The position numbers and the translations under genes are program-made. From Lytechinus pictus (Eukaryota): a stretch of DNA of 64,000 nt. Where the stretch lies: contig NC_087249.1 of NCBI RefSeq assembly GCF_037042905.1, forward strand, positions 9,054,001 through 9,118,000, written 5' to 3'. The notes beneath the pieces are model-generated. The model made no database searches. It was not told where the DNA came from and saw only the letters and a list, made by a program, of their open reading frames with translations. The stretch's first letter is position 1; each line of letters starts with the position of its first letter. This document shows positions 29,083 through 42,179 of the stretch, in pieces.

Positions 29083-29308
29083 TTAATGAGAAACTACATG
29101 TAATGTAAATAAAGTAGTATTACATAATTTAGTATTTTTTTCAATTTTTTCTTTTAAATTGTTCAATATTGTAGTTTAGGTTTCAACACATTTAAGAAAA
29201 TTAGAAGAGATGGCCATATGTGGAGGTACATGCATGATTAGGCCTCCAATTACATTTATTTTAAAAAGTTTTCTAATGGCAAGATATTTCTTTCAAGCTA
29301 TTTTCATC

Positions 29309-30028
29309 CCGGGGGGGGGGGGGCCACTTCCATTGACGAGTGGATACCATGCGCGACCACGGTGTCTTGAAAAGCACCCTAAACACGTATTTTCCATATT
29401 CTAAAAATGCACCCCTTAACAAGTATTGGCGTGTGAAATCCTACCCTTAACAAGTATTGGCGTGTGAAATCCTACCCTTAACAAGTCTTGCCTATTGGAA
29501 ACAAATACTATTGGCAAGTATTCCCAGAACTGAGCCCCTAAACAAGTACAGCGATGTATTTTCCATATTCTGAAAATGCACCCCTTAACAAGTATTGGAA
29601 ACAAAACGATACTCTTAGCAAGTATTCGCTGAAATGAACCCCTAAACAAGTACAAAGATATTTTATTGATATGTCACGCGTCCGTCGGTCGTCGGTTTTA
29701 CCTTTTGACACCATTATTTTGGTTTAATACGGCCCCACCTTCCACACCTCGCGCAAATCGGACTCTAATCTAAACACGTAGTGTTGGGGCAAAAAGGACA
29801 TCCTTTATAAAACATTTTGATTTTGTTTTATCATCCCCCCATATTTGACCCTAAAAACACGTATATTTTTCCGAGCGAAATAGATACCCTTTTTTCAATA
29901 TTTTTGTGTTTTTGACACCCTTATCACGTTACGTACGTAACGTGTCCTATCTTGAAAAAGACATCCTTTTTACGTGTTTTTTTGGTCGCGCATGGTATCC
30001 ACTCGTCAATGTAAGTGGCCCCCCGGAG
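29309..30028 (+). mobile_element. Non-autonomous DNA transposon with 8-9-bp TSD (Mutator-like) and internal 31-bp tandem repeats
   Basis: TIR CCGGGG..GCCACTTCCATTGACGAGTGGATACCATGCGCGACCA and its inverse at the right end. Flanking duplication ATTTTCATC at 29300 and 30029. Internal cccttaacaagtattggcgtgtgaaatccta repeats. Confidence 0.85.
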
Positions 30029-31070
30029 ATTTTCATCTTTTTGAAAATCTATCGTACAATACTCTCAAAATGAATTACGATACAGGTAGGTATCATATGA
30101 GAGACTCTTTGTAAACACTACATTAGATATGTATGAGAGACCACCCGAAGTGCGTACACTCCAACCCCTCTTTATCCTGTAGATCCAGCTCTGCTCGGGT
30201 CAAGGGTGGCTCCCAGTAAATTTCAGGTCAAAGGACCTTTGTGTGCAGTTGAGGGGCTCTGCTTAGCGTCTTTTGAATGAATGAATGAAAACAGAGGACA
30301 GCTGGACCAACGAACCAAGCCATGTGCGTAGTAGCATTGCACAGGATAAAGGGAGGGTTTGTGTGTGTGTTTTGTGTGTGAAAGAGAGAGAGAGAAATAA
30401 AAGGAGAGAGAAGGGGAGAGAAGGGGGAAACCAAGATGGCTGAGTCTTTCATGTAGCGGTGAATTTGAAATTAGACGTTGTGGAGTGTTTTGGCAAATAT
30501 TTGGGATTGGATTACTGTTAGATTTCTTACTCTGGAGTTGTCAAATGGCAGTGGATGGGTGAGTGCATTATTTAGAAGAGAAAAACATGAACTAGGTTAC
30601 AAAAATGATGCTTTGTGAAAGGTTCCATTGACAATAGTGCACGTAGTCCCACTTGTGTAGTATCCTGCTGGTTGTTTTCCCATTGTTTGGATGGATGGAA
30701 CAGTAGAGGCTTGTTGTTTCTCTGAATGCAAATAGAAATTTATAAATATGCATACTTACATCTATATGAAGGTATTTCTGGAAGTTTAATTTAGACTTCA
30801 GTATTTGTTTTTTACTCTGGATTTTTTTTATATGTCTGGCAAAAAGATCTTCAAGAAGTGATCCTTGTAGTTGTAGGCCTATTAATATATTATTATTAAG
30901 AACTTGTAAATACGTTTCCTTGTTTAATAAAAATAGGCCTGAATGATATAGATAATACCTTTTCAATCAAGAGAGATGAATACGTATGATATCTCTGTTT
31001 GTGCACCTTTTTCAACTTCCAGCCATGAATCGATTGAGTTTAAATATTCTGGGATTCATTTAATATTTAA

Positions 31071-31655
31071 AGGGGAATGAAACCTTAGGAACAAGTGGGC
31101 TTGTGTCAAAACAAAAAAATCAAAGAATAAGAACAAAGAAAGTTTGAGAAAAATCGGACAAATAATGAAAAAGTTGTGAGCATTTGAATATTGCAATCAC
31201 TAATGCTATGGAGATCCTCCTATTGGCAATGCAACAAGGATGTGTGATGTCACATGTGAAAAACTTTCCCTTTGATGGACTATAAAATACCCTCAAAATG
31301 TCTCTTTCTGCTTTTTCTTGTGGTGATACAAACTCTTTATCCATGATTTATTCTTTAAAAATCTGTATTTCATGCCCTCCTATAAAAAGAACACATGATC
31401 TACTGTGATAGATGTGATAAAAGAGGCAATTTAAGTGAAATATATACTAAAGTAATAGGGAGAGTTGTTCACAAGTGACATCACACATCTCTGTCGCATT
31501 GCCAATTTGAGGATCTCCATAGCATTAGTGATCGCAATTAAAATGCTCATAACTTTCTCATTATTTGTCTGATTTTTCTCAAACTTTCGTTGATCTGTTT
31601 CTTTGATTTTTCTGTTTTCACACAAGCTATCTTGTTCCAAAGGTTTCATTCTCCT
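31071..31655. mobile_element. Kolobok-like MITE, family B
   Basis: TTAA|AGGGGAATGAAACC...GGTTTCATTCTCCT|TTAA with ~190-bp imperfect TIRs. Confidence 0.85.
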
Positions 31656-31706
31656 TTAAGGTTGAAAATCTTCAAACCACCCACTGCAATCCTATATACC
31701 CCTGAG

Positions 31707-32186
31707 CACGTTACATACGTAACATAATAAGGGTGTCAAAAACACTAAAATAATGAAAAAGGGTATATTTCACTAGGAAAGCTATACATGTTTAGGGTCA
31801 AATTGCGAGGATATAAAAAATCAAGAATTAAAATGTTTTATAAAGGATGTACTTTTTGCCTCAACAGTCAACACTAAGTGTTTAGAGTACGATTTGCGCA
31901 AGGTGTTGCCGTACTAAACCCAATTGTAGGTAAAGGTAAAACCTACGACCGACGTCCGTGACATAACAATTAAAATATCGCTGTACTTGTTTAGGGGTTC
32001 AATTTAGGGAGTACTTGCCAAGAGTATCGTTTTGTTTCCAATACTTGTTAAGTGTAGGGTTTCACATGCCAATGCTTGTTAAGGGGTGCATTTTCAGAAT
32101 ATGGAAAATACTTGTTTAGGGTCCTTTTCGAGACCCCCTGGTTGCGCATGGTATCCACTCGTCAATGGAATCCCCCCCCCCCCCTC
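31707..32186 (-). mobile_element. Truncated inverted copy of the 29309-30028 element
   Basis: Reverse complement of ~29320-29945, e.g. gcgcatggtatccactcgtcaatggaa and aaggggtgcattttcagaatatggaaaata. Confidence 0.85.
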
Positions 32187-33610
32187 TGGATATCCCCCTA
32201 ATCTGATTTGAAAATTAAGTTCTTATTTTAAGATGTTATTTATTTGCATCCCTACTTCTATTGCCACTGACACAATATAAGACGTCAGAAGATTCATGAG
32301 AGAGAAAGCCTCACCTTGTATGAATTTGAAAACAACTGGATTCAGCTCTGGAAAACAGATTTAGATAAAGTACTGTACGTTAATGAGGAATCCCACCATT
32401 AGATTAACTTTGCTTGAAAGGGAAGAGAAAAAACAAGGGAAATAATCATGAAATTTTGAGCAAATTTGATTTGAGCTGTTTTTTAAGTGTATTAATAATC
32501 ATATTTTCCTTTCACATTTGATTTATTTAGGTTTTTTGCAATTAAGGGCATGCATATAAACACAATGAGGCCCATTTTTATTGATGTAACAGTTTACATC
32601 AAAACCATGTTTTGTTGTACTTTTTTTGTTGTACTTTTTTTTAGAAATGGATATGATCTTGGAATCAAACCCTGTCTAAATTAATTTTTAATTATGATTT
32701 TTTTTAATGTGTTTTTTGTTTTCCAAGGGTTGGAGGAGAAATAAAAATAATTGAGGTGACTGAGGTCTTATTTTTCGTGTCAAATATTTTTTCATTGGCT
32801 TCAAGCTAATGTTTGCAAATGTCACTGAGTTGCCAATTTGTTTTTTAATGCTTAAATACATTCAAAAACAAAGATAGAAAAATAAAATGAGCAGGATTTG
32901 TTCAAACTTCACTGAACTTATCTCACTCAAAAATGCCTCCAAAATAGATTCTGAATCAACATATCAATTCTATAGTCTTGTGTATGCTTGATTTCTTCAC
33001 AAAATGCAAATTTAGTCCCACTTTCATTTTCATATCCATGTAGAAAGGGGTAAAATGATTAGTCGAGAGTAGGTGGTGAATTAAATATCATAGTTAAAAT
33101 CCTGAATCCTGCTTGCCAACATCTTGGATTTTTTTTTTTTTTTTTTTAGTTCTATTTTTGTCATACATTCATGTCGATTACAGATAATATCTTATCATGA
33201 TACCTGTATGAAGGATACTATCCTATCATGAATTAACTGTATAAGTTGTAGGAGCAATCATGCATACATAGAATTCCTATTCCCCATGATTGCACTACAG
33301 TATTCATTAAAAGTACATGTAAAAGACAGTAGTTGCAGATAACAATTATTTCATTGTTTCACAACATTTGGCTTGCTTGATTTTGTCTGAACTTTGTACT
33401 CAATGTGGGATTTGGTTATATACAATAAACTATTTGACTTTTTATCATATTCCATCTAATCACTAGTTTTGACAAATCCGAGCTGTCAATTTCTCAAAAA
33501 TTTATAATCCTCCACTCCGTTTCTCAGCAGTCTCTGATAACAATTAACATCATACTTTTCACCCCTTCCGTGCCTTTCAATGATGACTATATTCTCTGTA
33601 GTGTTCCAAA

Positions 33611-33902
33611 GGTTCAGCTTAAACCCAGGTTCAAAGTTGTGGTTCGAGTATGGATAGCCAATTGTTACGTAAATCACTAAAAGTAAAGATATCATAGTTC
33701 AGCTTATTTGGCTCTCAAATCATTCCTAATTGTCTAGGAAGTATAAATAGATGATTGTCTTCACCATCGATGAATCAGGAAAGAGCACAGTCAACATAAG
33801 AAATGTACAACTTAATAAATTTTTTGACACTTTTGGCTTCCCATAATTTCAGCACAGAGTTAGACCATGGTCTAAGTTAAACCTGACTTCAGAATATGGG
33901 CC
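33611..33902 (+). mobile_element. MITE of the same family as 45456-45765, left TIR eroded
   Basis: Near-identical internal sequence and right TIR aagttaaacctgacttcagaatatgggcc. Confidence 0.85.
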
Positions 33903-33950
33903 ATTGTGTCTTCCCTAAATGTTAATGACTGTTTTTTTCCATTTCGTCAG

Positions 33951-34343
33951 TGTTCCCAAGGTTCAGACTGAGATCCTTCCAGTTGACGAACCTCCGGTCC
34001 CATCTTCCACGCCCGACCAAGAAACCACCACGCCCAAAAGGAAAGCAACCAAGCAGCAAGCCAGCAGAGTCTCCAAATCGGACACCAAGAAGAAAAAAAA
34101 GAAGAAGAAGAAAAAGAAGAAAAAACAGAAGAATGCGGAATCATCGCCAACGACCCCTCCGATGGGATCCTCGGGGAGGCAGCCCAAGACGAGACGGATG
34201 CTCGGGCAAACCACAGAGGAGGAGAAGACAGCCACCTTGAATAAGACGAAAAGGACTTCGGGCAGGAAAGCAAAGGAGGAGCAGTTGGTCAAGAAGAAGT
34301 ACTGGAGGGCGGGGATTTACTCGGACACTTTCAAGGAAGAATT
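33951..34343 (+). CDS. ASH1L: ASH1L coding exon with poly-Lys tract and KKYWRAGIYSDTFK motif
   Basis: Acceptor tttcgtcAG|T completes the phase-2 Gly codon. Donor TT|GTAAGC. The motif resembles vertebrate ASH1L KKYQKAGLYSDVYK (recalled). Confidence 0.93.
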
Positions 34344-34689
34344 GTAAGCTTATGGTTTTTTCAATAATTATTTGTTACAAAAGGACTTGTGGCCCCACAT
34401 TGTTGGTTTACTCAGTTGTTTGAAACTTTATGGGTTTTAAGGGAGAATCTGTAAAGATGCTTGGAAAAAAAAGAACCTGAGTTTTGAAATAAATACAAAA
34501 GCTCCTATATGTGTACCAGACTTATCTGCATTAAATTTTTTTTTCTGAGTTTCATGTCTGTCTATGTACGGCAGGACGTTGATTCGATCACCATAGTTCA
34601 GTTCTTTGAGAAGCACTTAGTGAGAAAATGATCTTGACCATTGTTTTTGTAATGCAGACCTTTATTATTGCATTGATTTTGATTCCTAG

Positions 34690-35165
34690 GACCAAGAAAA
34701 GGCCAGATGAAGAGGAAGAGGGTAAGAGTGGGAACAAGGTTTCCCAAGAAGAGACCAATCCAGCTGCCAATGAGACCAAAATGGATACAGCTCCTCCTGC
34801 ATCTTTAACAGCGACGTCTGAAGCAACAGAAGGTGAAGATGGAAATCTGTTGATGGCAGAGAATTCTTCCTCAGGGACAGGAGCAGAAGGATCCAAGCCA
34901 ACAACATCGACTGAAACAACTCCAGCAGACGCGTCGGCAACAGCAGCAACTCCTCTGGAAACAACTCCTCCGGAAACAACAAAGAAGCCTGAGGAAAGTG
35001 AAGACGGGGAGTCGGCGGTTGCAGCAGCGGAACCTGAGGAGATGGCTGTGGATGTGCCACAGGATGCCACTGAAGCAGGGGATATTGCTGCACCGTCGGA
35101 GAAGGATGGTACGGACGGGGCCGAGGAGGGCAAGACAAAGTTGCTTCCGTTTCCCTTTCATGCAG
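34690..35165 (+). CDS. ASH1L: ASH1L coding exon: acidic linker ending LLPFPFHAG
   Basis: Acceptor ttcctAG|G (phase 2) and donor G|GTGAGT (phase 1). The C-terminal end resembles ASH1L LFPAPIHVG (recalled). Confidence 0.9.
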
Positions 35166-36250
35166 GTGAGTGACCTGAGAATCTTCCCTGAAGATACTGT
35201 ACATAAGGACATGGGGAAGTCAAGATTTGATGCCATGGGAAGTAGAGAATATCTGGGAATTGGCTTGAAGCATTATAATCTTACAGGATTGTATCCGTAA
35301 TGATAATGTTAATCTTTTAATTAGCGCAGCTATTGAAAGTGATGTGGAAGTCAGTAATGAGTACTGACGTTGAGTGTAAAACTTTAGACGAGAAACTGGA
35401 TACCTTCGCATTAATTTGTAAAAACGATGCATGGGAGAAAATGTGAAAAATGATATATTCTGAATTATACATGGAAGGCATTTTATGGTGCATGAAAAAA
35501 GTGTGAATTGATGGATGATAACGTTGGTGGTTATTGGCAGCTGTAAGCAAAAAGCAGTTTTGTATTCAGAGATTGAAGATGAAGCCTGAATAAAACAACA
35601 GTTTTTTAACACTTTCCAGTTGCAAAAGAGGAAGGGAAGTTTGGTCATAAAGTGGTAGGCCTCCACAAAGGCTAGTTGAGATGGGATGTAAATGAGCTTG
35701 GCTAAAGAATTACTTGTCACATTCAATAAGCAACCAACTCACTAAACACTGCCAAGAGATGGGGGCCTGCCAAGAAATTTTTGACATTTCCTTTTGGCAG
35801 CGGGGGCAGTGAGAATTGAAAGTGAATGCTGCGGGTGGACGGTGCTCAGCATCGAGACGAACCCCTCATGCACCTTCGTCGGGGCATTATGCAAGAGCGA
35901 ACATTGAAGGACCCTGTCTGTCTGATATCCATGTCTGACCTCGTGTAAGGGAAAGTAAACAAGCGGCATGAACGCCAAGTTTGAAGACAGGTGCGGTATT
36001 TCGTGGAAGGTGTCGAAATGATATTGGCATGGCCTACTTAGAAAGTGCAATGTATATGTTGTGGGGGGGATGAGGAAGGTCGTTGTGTGCAGATCAAGTG
36101 GAGTACAAATTTCAAGCCTACTTTAACACAAGGTGAAGGTGTATATGTGTGTGTGGTGGTGGGGGGGAAGGGGGGAGTTAATGGAAGCAATCGTGTGTAG
36201 ACGGAGTTGGATAGGATTTTTCAATTTGTGTGGGATGTGAGCTGCTTTAA

Positions 36251-38005
36251 TACCCCCATCTCACTAGGAAGGCGATCGTGGCGACCATGGCGATCTGTGT
36301 AAATCCCGCAAATCGTAGCAGAATCTTCCTCGAATTCTATTTTTAGCCTGCGAGACGATTGCACTGCAACTTCTATGCGACCGACCTGCGCTGAAGGCGA
36401 TGGTAATACGCTGAAAGTACGACGATGCCACTTTCTTGCGACGATTCGAGGCAGATGTGATGCGCTGCTTCTGCGATCAAAGCGATCGTACAACGAGGCT
36501 CATACGCTAATTAGGACCTCGGTACGGTGGTGCTACGAATGAAGCGATTATGTTACGTTCATGATGGGCTCTTGAAACGATTTCAAGCAATCGGCATACT
36601 AATCGCGGCACATGACACAATTTCAGTCGATTGCCAACCTCCGACCAACATGGATGTCCAGAATTTGGTTGGACTTATACATCTTGGCATTCTAAAAGAA
36701 CATCAGTTAAAAGTTGAATGCGAGGACAGGAGAAGGAGGAGGCCAAAAAGTCCGATCCTGGCTGTCACCTAAGTCATAATATACAATATTTTAAAAATTT
36801 AATTCATTCAAAAGATGTCGATGAGCCTAATAGTTAATATAAGGGATGCATCCAGAATTTCATAAAAGAGCATAAAAATCTTTGATATTCTGTCTATTTT
36901 TTTCCACAAAAGTTTGTCACTCAAAAATATTTGGTAAATTCCTTTCAAATTTGCTGACAAGAAGTAGTCTACTGATGTGATAGGCTGAGAGCACTCATAA
37001 AAAGGGAGGGGGAGGGGGGCACAATGCCAGAATCTCCCTAAAGAGTGCCTTTCCCAATCAATACATTAGTGATCGAATCATTAACAAAATTTGATGTTGT
37101 CTACTGTCACTGTGGTTAGAATTCAATTTATTTTCAAAACATAATCAATTTATTTATTTTTGCAGAGGTAACCCATTTCGTCATCAAGACATGTGAGCGT
37201 CTTTTTTCTTTTTCCAGCTGGCTCAGCAGTAAGATTTTCATCCTCCTCCTGTACCCCCTCCTCTTCCTCCTCTACCTCCTCCTCCTCTACCACCACCATA
37301 ACCCCTTGATCTTCCTCTTCGACCGCCGGCCTAAGAGGGGTAGCTTGGGCAGCTTTCCCTTTTCTGGTCCTTTTTCTGGGAGGTATGTTTGAAAACGTCG
37401 TGGTATCGCCTCGTAATCTGTTGCAAATATGATAATCCGCCACCATCGGCACGGCGTTTTATAGCAGCGCGGACGGTTGTTGCGCAATCGCTGCCCAGTC
37501 ATCAGCGGCGCAGCAAAAGCGCAACGCGAACGCCTGTAGCGGGCTGAGAACGTGTGCCACATGCCACCCAAAAAAGGAAGCGTCGTGGTGGAAGCTGTGT
37601 GAAGCGTGTCGAGCGCAAGGCAGTCGCCTTGTAAACGGAAGCAGCGTAGCAGAATTGTCTTGGAAACGGGCCTGAAAACCACGGGCGATCGGTGCCGTTT
37701 TTAATGCGCTTATACTACGCTTTATGCGTTGGGGCTCCGTTACAGCTACGAATATGTCGTTTGTAATACGCTCATGACTCGATTGTGATGCGCTTTAGCA
37801 CCTCCGCGATCTCGCTACGTAAGTTTTGAACATGTTCAAAATTTTGTGGCGACCAGGAAGATGGTGGCGATCCTTGCCGCTTCAGAAAAGATCAAGGTAC
37901 GACGGAGAAGATTGAAAAGATCAAGACACGATCAAGCTACGTTATACCACGCTTTGTCAATTTTTGACGATCGCAGTGGAATCGCCATCTAGTGAGATGG
38001 GGGTA
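36251..38005. mobile_element. Internally deleted PIF/Harbinger DNA transposon (1755 bp)
   Basis: TAA|TACCCCCATCTCACTAG...CTAGTGAGATGGGGGTA|TAA, CpG-rich subterminal regions and remnants of two convergent ORFs. Confidence 0.85.
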
Positions 38006-38720
38006 TAATTACTTGCTTGGCTAGGGTCATAAGATACTGATTCAATATTTGATAAAGGATGTTTGGGGTGATAGGAAACCGAGAGGTTGGGGTGATGGGA
38101 TAGAAATTAAATTACATATTGAGCTTGTTTGGATGCTTCTCTTCAGGGTAGACACTTGTTAGAATTTTGAGATCAATGGTCATCTCATCAATGAATTAAA
38201 GACTCCATATTCCCCTGGCATAGAATTTAATAGCTTTAATTGTGACACATCCTTAGCAGAAGGGTACGCTAACAAAAAACAAAAATGTTATGCTATGTTT
38301 AGCTGCAGCTTATAGCGTGAACCCTGCTCAGCGTTTTTTTTTTAAACAAACCCCTACTTGCTAATTAACAAATCAATGAAATTCCACATGTGAAAAAGCT
38401 GTGGATTTGACTTTTGTTGAAGTTCCATATAGAACATTGATTTTGATTGACTTATGAAGGATCATGGGATTATGTTGAAATACTGTCAATCTCAAATTTT
38501 TTGATATTGATAGTATGTTTTATATTGTGCTACCATATTGATGTGTGTTTGGTAAGGTAAAACACAATCTTGTCATTTCTTCAGTGTTATACACATGGAA
38601 TTAACGTTTAAGAATGCAATTGAGTCAATTCACCTGTTTCATTCATCTTTAATACTTTGCCTTTTTTAACACTTGGATACATGTTTTATTGAATATGCTT
38701 TAGTGACCATTTTTCTTTAA

Positions 38721-39321
38721 AGGACAAGTCTACCCCAACTACAAGTTGATTTGAATAAATAGAGAAAAAATCCAACAAGCATAACACTGAAAATTTCATC
38801 AAAATCGGATATAAAATAAGAAAGTTGTGACATTTTAAAGTTTCGCTTAATTTAAAAAAATAGTCATATGCACATCCTGGTCGGTATACAAACGAGGAGA
38901 CTGATGATATCATTCACTCACTATTTCTTTTGTATTTTACTATATGAATTATGAAATATTCTAATTTTCTCCTCAATGTCAAGTGAGACAACGATTTTGT
39001 TCCTCCTGAACATGTGGAGTAAGCATTGTTTAATAATATGTTATTTACTCAAGTTGGTCCTTATTGTCAAATCTGTAAAAATTCAAATATTGTATGATTT
39101 AAACAATAAAAAACAAAAGAAATAGTGAGTGAGGGACACCATCGGCTGTCTCATTTGCATGTCCCTGATTTGTGCATATCACTGTTTTGTGAAAAGTAAG
39201 CAAAACTTTAAATGTCATAACTTTCCTATTTCACATCAAATTTTGATGAAATTTTCAGCGTTAAGCTGGTGTAATTTTACTCTTTTATTCAAATCAACAT
39301 TTTCCTGGGTGGACTTGACCT
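38721..39321. mobile_element. Kolobok-like MITE, family A, full length (601 bp)
   Basis: TTAA|AGGACAAGTC...GACTTGACCT|TTAA. Confidence 0.88.
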
Positions 39322-39484
39322 TTAAGGATACATATCTAAAAGACCATTTAGACCATTTCCCCTCTTCCTTCCATTTCAGTGTAGTAAGACATATAAGAAA
39401 ACATATTATTCATCAAATATTTATAAAACATATCTCTGAAAAGCAGTTTTATACTTTCTGTATTTCTTTTTCTCCCCCTTGTAG

Positions 39485-39604
39485 GCATCAACTTGTGTGA
39501 GGAATGGTTTGATTTTGAGCTGCCGTACGACATCTGGTGGCAGTGGGTACACAACAAACTACCTTCCAGGACTCAAGCACCCAAATTCAAGAAGATCAGA
39601 AATA
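39485..39604 (+). CDS. ASH1L: ASH1L coding exon with MRG15-binding FxLP motif (INLCEEWFDFELPYDIWWQWVHNKLPSRTQAPKFKKIRN)
   Basis: Absent from the ORF track; translated by hand. Acceptor ccccttgtAG, donor A|GTAAGT, phases 1/1. Matches ASH1L DFQLPYDILWQW...YKKIRSN (recalled). Confidence 0.95.
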
Positions 39605-41971
39605 GTAAGTTGCCAATTTGATGTCGCAGATTGTCATTATAGAACAAATTAACTTCAGTCTGCATCATTTAACAGTATAAATGACCCCTCCCCCAGTCCC
39701 CAGACCTGCAGAATATTCTGCATCTATATTGAGTGGCAAATTGTTATTCTTGTTTTATAATTTTTTTATCGTCATACTATAGATTTTATAGGACAAATTA
39801 AATGTCCACAAATTTGAGTAGCTTTTAAACGGATATCCTAATCTTGTAATTATAATAGGTTTTATTAATGTGGACTTGGAATGCCATTTTTATCTTCTAC
39901 AGTACATGTGTGTATTGCACTAGAAAATTATTCGAGTAGATTTTTCCCTGTCCTCGTGTAACTTTGTCTTTCAGTAAATTTTCCAGTCTCAAAATTCCCC
40001 CTTTTCTCTGTTTTATAATAGAAAGAAGCCATATTTGTTGCTTTTATTAGAAAGAAACTATTTTCTGTTATATTCATGCACTGGAAAAATATTACAAAAT
40101 AAGCGCTTCCACTTCCTTTTGTGTCGAGATTTCAATTGCAGGTCAACCTCGGTAGTCTTTCACATTTCCCTCTTTTTTTAGAGTTGATTGTATTGTAGTT
40201 TTTGCATATTTGCTTTTGATGATTCAGAGTAATTTGTTTAAAGTTCAGGGACATTCTATATAGCCATATGTAGGTGATTGATTACAAATCACAGCAACTG
40301 TATGTGTATAGATGTGAGTGGTGGTACCTTGGAAAAAATGATTTGAATAGGATTTTGGAATTAGTTTTTCGATCGTGAGTGACAGATTTGAGGTAAAGGC
40401 ACATCAGTCAGACTCAAGCTGTGGTACAAATTTCCATCCTCACTCTTGACTTGGTGATCTTTCTCTGCCTCAGTTTCAATTCTTCCTGTCCATGTTCATA
40501 CCCCCCCATGTTTCATGTCCCCGGAACTATTTTACCCCACCCCTCCCCTCCCTCTCTCTTCCCCTCCCTCTTTCTTCCCCTCCTAGCTCCATCCTTGTTT
40601 TATGTTTCATTTCTTTTACGTTTTTTCTCCCTTCACTCTTATCCTTGAGGAAATTCCCAGGGATGTTTAAAGCATTTCAAAATGGCAGACTGCCAAGATG
40701 TTTTCAGACACTAACAGAAAATCAGCCATTAGTATTGAAGTTAGGGCTTGTCTGCCAATAGTGGTAGATACCTGATTTTGGTATTGTCCTTTTGAGTTTC
40801 AAGTAAAGTTATCAAATCTTGTCTGAAAACGAGCTGTTTTCCAATATTATTAGGGTTCCTTCAAGGAGATCGTAATTGCTTTTGGTAATTCATTGACGAC
40901 TTAGTGGAGATGACAGAATAAGGGCAGTGATGAGATAATTTACACATCTCACGTAGACATACTGTCCCATATACTGATTTCTCTGTGGTGTGATTCCAAT
41001 TTTTTGCAAAATTAAATCCTATCACTCTGAGAACTTCTTAAACAACCATCATTGGATGCTGGTATTTAAACTGAGGCCTGCAATATTTCCGTTATTTTGA
41101 TTCTGGATATTGTTTAGGAGTGTGTGTGTGTGTGGGGGGGGGGGAAGGTTTGTATTCAAAGTACCGGTAGCTCATTTTATACAAGGGATTTTTTGGTTTT
41201 CTACAATTGGTATTCCTTCTTGCAATATCTAATATTGCTGCAAGATATTCTTTGGCTGCCAAACAGTATATTCCACTTGGTAATCAAGAATTAAAATCAA
41301 CCTTCTGCATATTGCTATTATATACATTGCCCACTTTTGATATTCACTTTTCAAGTGCCCCATGTATTAAGTTATCAAACTCTGCCACTCCCTTGAAATT
41401 TATCTGCAACCTGAGAAGAAGATATTCTTTATATCTGTATAGTTGAGCAATGTATAGTCCTAATGAACCTAATTCTGCTGTTTATAATGAATTGAATTAC
41501 ATATATACAGGAAACGAGCTTGAATTATTGACACCCTGGGAAATGTAAAATCATGCATTTGATGTGACATTGCTTTTGTCCTTTTAAGTTTGGTCTAGTG
41601 AACTGGTTATTTTTTTGTTTTGTTTTGTTTTACAGCATGTCCATAAAACCACAAACTACAAGTTTGATTTAGCATTCAGACATTTACAAGTTTCAATTTC
41701 TCTGATATCTTATTCAGTACGGTATAAAAAGATTTTGCTTCAGATCTGTGGTTTCTTAATAGCCACGGTACCTAGGCCCACATAGCATGTCATTAATGCA
41801 AATATTTCAAACAATGCAAAAACTGCAAGTGATTAGGCCTATATGTGATTAATAAACAGCACATAAATTAAGCCTTCGTATAATGCAGGCTTGCATTCAT
41901 AATATATTTTTGTAATGTATACTTCAATTAGTGTAAAATGTGTGCTTAAAAAAAAGCTCATAAATCATATA

Positions 41972-42179
41972 TTTTTTCAAATTGTGGAGAAAACAAAAAA
42001 GGGGGGGGGGAATGAGAAGGGAGCGTGGGATGAGGTGGAGGAAGAGAGAGTGAGAAAGATAGAGGGAACAGCAAAATTATATTATTTTTTCAACTTTGTG
42101 GAGAAAGCAAGAAGCGGGGGAAGGGGGGGGGGCGAGAAGGGAGCGTGGGATGAGGTGGAGGAAGAGAGAGTGAGAAAGA
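41972..42179. repeat. Purine-rich direct duplication with 120-bp period
   Basis: gagaagggagcgtgggatgaggtggaggaagagagagtgagaaaga is identical at 42014 and 42134. Confidence 0.9.
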
